Shown here: positions 62,746 through 64,000 of the stretch, in pieces
How positions within the stretch are numbered: position 1 is the stretch's first letter
Layout: each line of letters starts with the position of its first letter
NCBI GenBank assembly: GCA_019659125.1
Contig: JAIFVX010000003.1
Coordinates: forward strand, 807-64,806
Reading direction: 5' to 3'
From: Candidatus Pacearchaeota archaeon
Lineage (GTDB): Archaea; Nanobdellota; Nanobdellia; Pacearchaeales; GW2011-AR1
DNA: 64,000 nt
The notes under the pieces: model-generated
Databases searched by the model: none
Told to the model about the DNA's origin: nothing
What the model saw: only the letters and a program-made list of their open reading frames with translations
Translations under genes and position numbers: made by a program

Positions 62746-63119
62746 TTCACTCTTAGTTTTCCGCCAAGCCACGTGCATGGCAAAGTAATCACTATCAACA
62801 GAATTGGATACCATGCTGCTGACTTGTCCCAATTTGCTAGAGTACCAAGAATAGTTACCACGACTCCGATGATACCAAGAATGAATGCATGACGCATTGG
62901 TTTATTGGGTGCTAGTGCTGCAGTGACGTACCCCGACGCTATTGTGTAAACCCCTCGATAGGTAAGCGCGACCAGCAACATCCATGGTGCTAAAACCCCT
63001 TGACTGATAGGTGGAAAAATACCTGTTGACTCTAGCAGGAAATCTGTGCCTATAGACAAAAGAGCTCCTGTAGCTGCTCCTAGAAGTATTGCCCCAATGC
63101 TCTTGAAAATCTTTTTCAT
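62742..63119 (-). CDS. Membrane protein (4 TM), unknown
   Basis: Hydrophobic ORF with ATGA overlaps on both sides. Confidence 0.4.
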   Translation of the reverse strand: MKKIFKSIGAILLGAATGALLSIGTDFLLESTGIFPPISQGVLAPWMLLVALTYRGVYTIASGYVTAALAPNKPMRHAFILGIIGVVVTILGTLANWDKSAAWYPILLIVITLPCTWLGGKLRVK

Positions 63120-63997
63120 CTGCCCTCGTAAGCTTTCTTTAATTGAGCAATATCAAACTTCTTCATCTTAAGGAACGCTTGAGTTACTCTCTCTTCCTGC
63201 TCTTTGGTGCCCTTGGATAGCATATCATTCAGGACAGAAGGAATAATCTGCCATGACACTCCATATTTATCCTTCAGCCAGCCGCATTGCTCTGCCTTCG
63301 GATCAGCGGAAAGCTTTGCCCAACAATGATCTATTTCCTTCTGGTCTTTGCAGTGCACCATGTACGATATTGCCTCGTTGAACGAGAAATTATGTTTCAT
63401 GGCAGAGTCCATGATCCCAAACTCCATTCCTGAGAGATTAAAGTGAGCATATCGTACTGTTCCTTTCTTATCTGGCCCTTTGTCTCCTTCATAGCGATCA
63501 ATAAAATCTATTTTTGAATCGGGGAATAGTGATGTGTAAAACTTAACTGCCTCTTCTGCTTTGCCACATACATTTCCCACGAACATAAGGACGGGAGTAA
63601 TCCCCTTACTCATTTTCTCACCCACATAAATAACTTGCCATGAAAGACCGTACTTATCTTGCGCCCAGCCATAGCGTTCGCTGAAGGGATACTTTCCAAG
63701 TTCCATCAACACTTTTCCTCCTTTTGAGATTTTTGCCCAGATTGCATCTACCTCCTCTTTTGTTTTACATTTGATGTGGAAGGAGATGGAAGGATTGAAC
63801 TTGAATAGGGGGCCTGCGCTGATAGCCTGAAATGGTTGACCTGAAAGCTCAAAGGAAACAATATCACAATCCCCTGTCGGCGTGCCGTGAATTGTCTTTA
63901 TGCTATGTATCTTAGAATTCGGAATTATTGATGTATAGAGCTTCGCCGCTTCCTTAGCTTCCTTGTCATACCATAGATGCGTTGAAATCTTGTTCAT
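63116..63997 (-). CDS. Tandem VOC/PhnB-like (3-demethylubiquinone-9 3-methyltransferase domain) protein
   Basis: Two repeats, each ending in ...GWAQDKYGLSWQVI / ...CGWLKDKYGVSWQIIP. Confidence 0.7.
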   Translation of the reverse strand: MNKISTHLWYDKEAKEAAKLYTSIIPNSKIHSIKTIHGTPTGDCDIVSFELSGQPFQAISAGPLFKFNPSISFHIKCKTKEEVDAIWAKISKGGKVLMELGKYPFSERYGWAQDKYGLSWQVIYVGEKMSKGITPVLMFVGNVCGKAEEAVKFYTSLFPDSKIDFIDRYEGDKGPDKKGTVRYAHFNLSGMEFGIMDSAMKHNFSFNEAISYMVHCKDQKEIDHCWAKLSADPKAEQCGWLKDKYGVSWQIIPSVLNDMLSKGTKEQEERVTQAFLKMKKFDIAQLKKAYEGR

Positions 63998-64000
63998 AGT

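Noticed and set aside
1-64000. CRISPR arrays, rRNA genes, IS elements, alternative genetic code
   Set aside because: No spaced direct repeats were seen, and the only tandem repeat is the coding 21-bp x3 in L11. There is no rRNA-like or transposase-like sequence. TAA, TAG and TGA all terminate well-supported genes.

Overview
This is a gene-dense archaeal chromosomal segment of about 100 genes. A 100-nt sample at 56461-56560 counts 42% GC. All three stop codons are used, so the code is standard.

Housekeeping content is clearly archaeal:
- Ribosomal proteins L11, L1, P0/L10, P1/L12, L37ae, L40e, L31e, L39e and S19e.
- Spt5, SecE, RpoP, aIF5A, RNase P Pop5, Cbf5, TrmY, Hjc, prefoldin beta, and FtsZ plus SepF.
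- RNase J, AMP phosphorylase, an MJ0822-type S-layer protein, and three tRNAs (Pro-UGG, Ser-UGA, Phe-GAA).

The repertoire suggests a small-genome DPANN-like archaeon (Woese-/Pacearchaeota-like). It has many unknown membrane and secreted proteins, a short archaeosortase-like gene, a class II LysRS and AMP phosphorylase. This assignment is inference only.

Most transcription units look leaderless, with a TTTAWATA-like box centred about 25-27 nt upstream of the start codon or tRNA 5' end. Genes inside operons are usually joined by ATGA or GTGA start/stop overlaps.

Three small conserved genes are missing from the ORF track and I translated them by hand: RpoP (15341-15478), L40e (24133-24297) and a DUF1931-like histone-fold protein (44750-44917). 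I also found a partial membrane-protein gene at the left edge.

The most interesting region is 34040-43962, a one-direction locus:
- It starts with a small wHTH gene.
- It then holds two paralogous modules, each pairing a type-IV-pilin-like (class III signal) protein with very large Cys-rich surface or membrane proteins.
- In one module this large protein is a single 1271-aa fusion. In the other it is split into 509-aa and 708-aa proteins, with a lipobox lipoprotein inserted at the junction.
- I recognise no characterised family for the large proteins.

Other notable loci:
- A four-gene pilin-like cluster (3641-5985).
- An Lgt-like / Tes-like radical SAM / small-membrane-protein operon (16232-19112).
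- An archaeosortase-like gene next to a CARDB-repeat surface protein with a C-terminal sorting-type tail (11500-13689).
- Ribosomal proteins with unusual extensions or losses.
- Unknown ORFs embedded in ribosomal operons.
- A seven-gene copper cluster with a duplicated Cys/Met cupredoxin-like gene (57333-61895).
- A short patch of high GC (57% in 56761-56860).

I saw no CRISPR array, rRNA, transposase or integrase.
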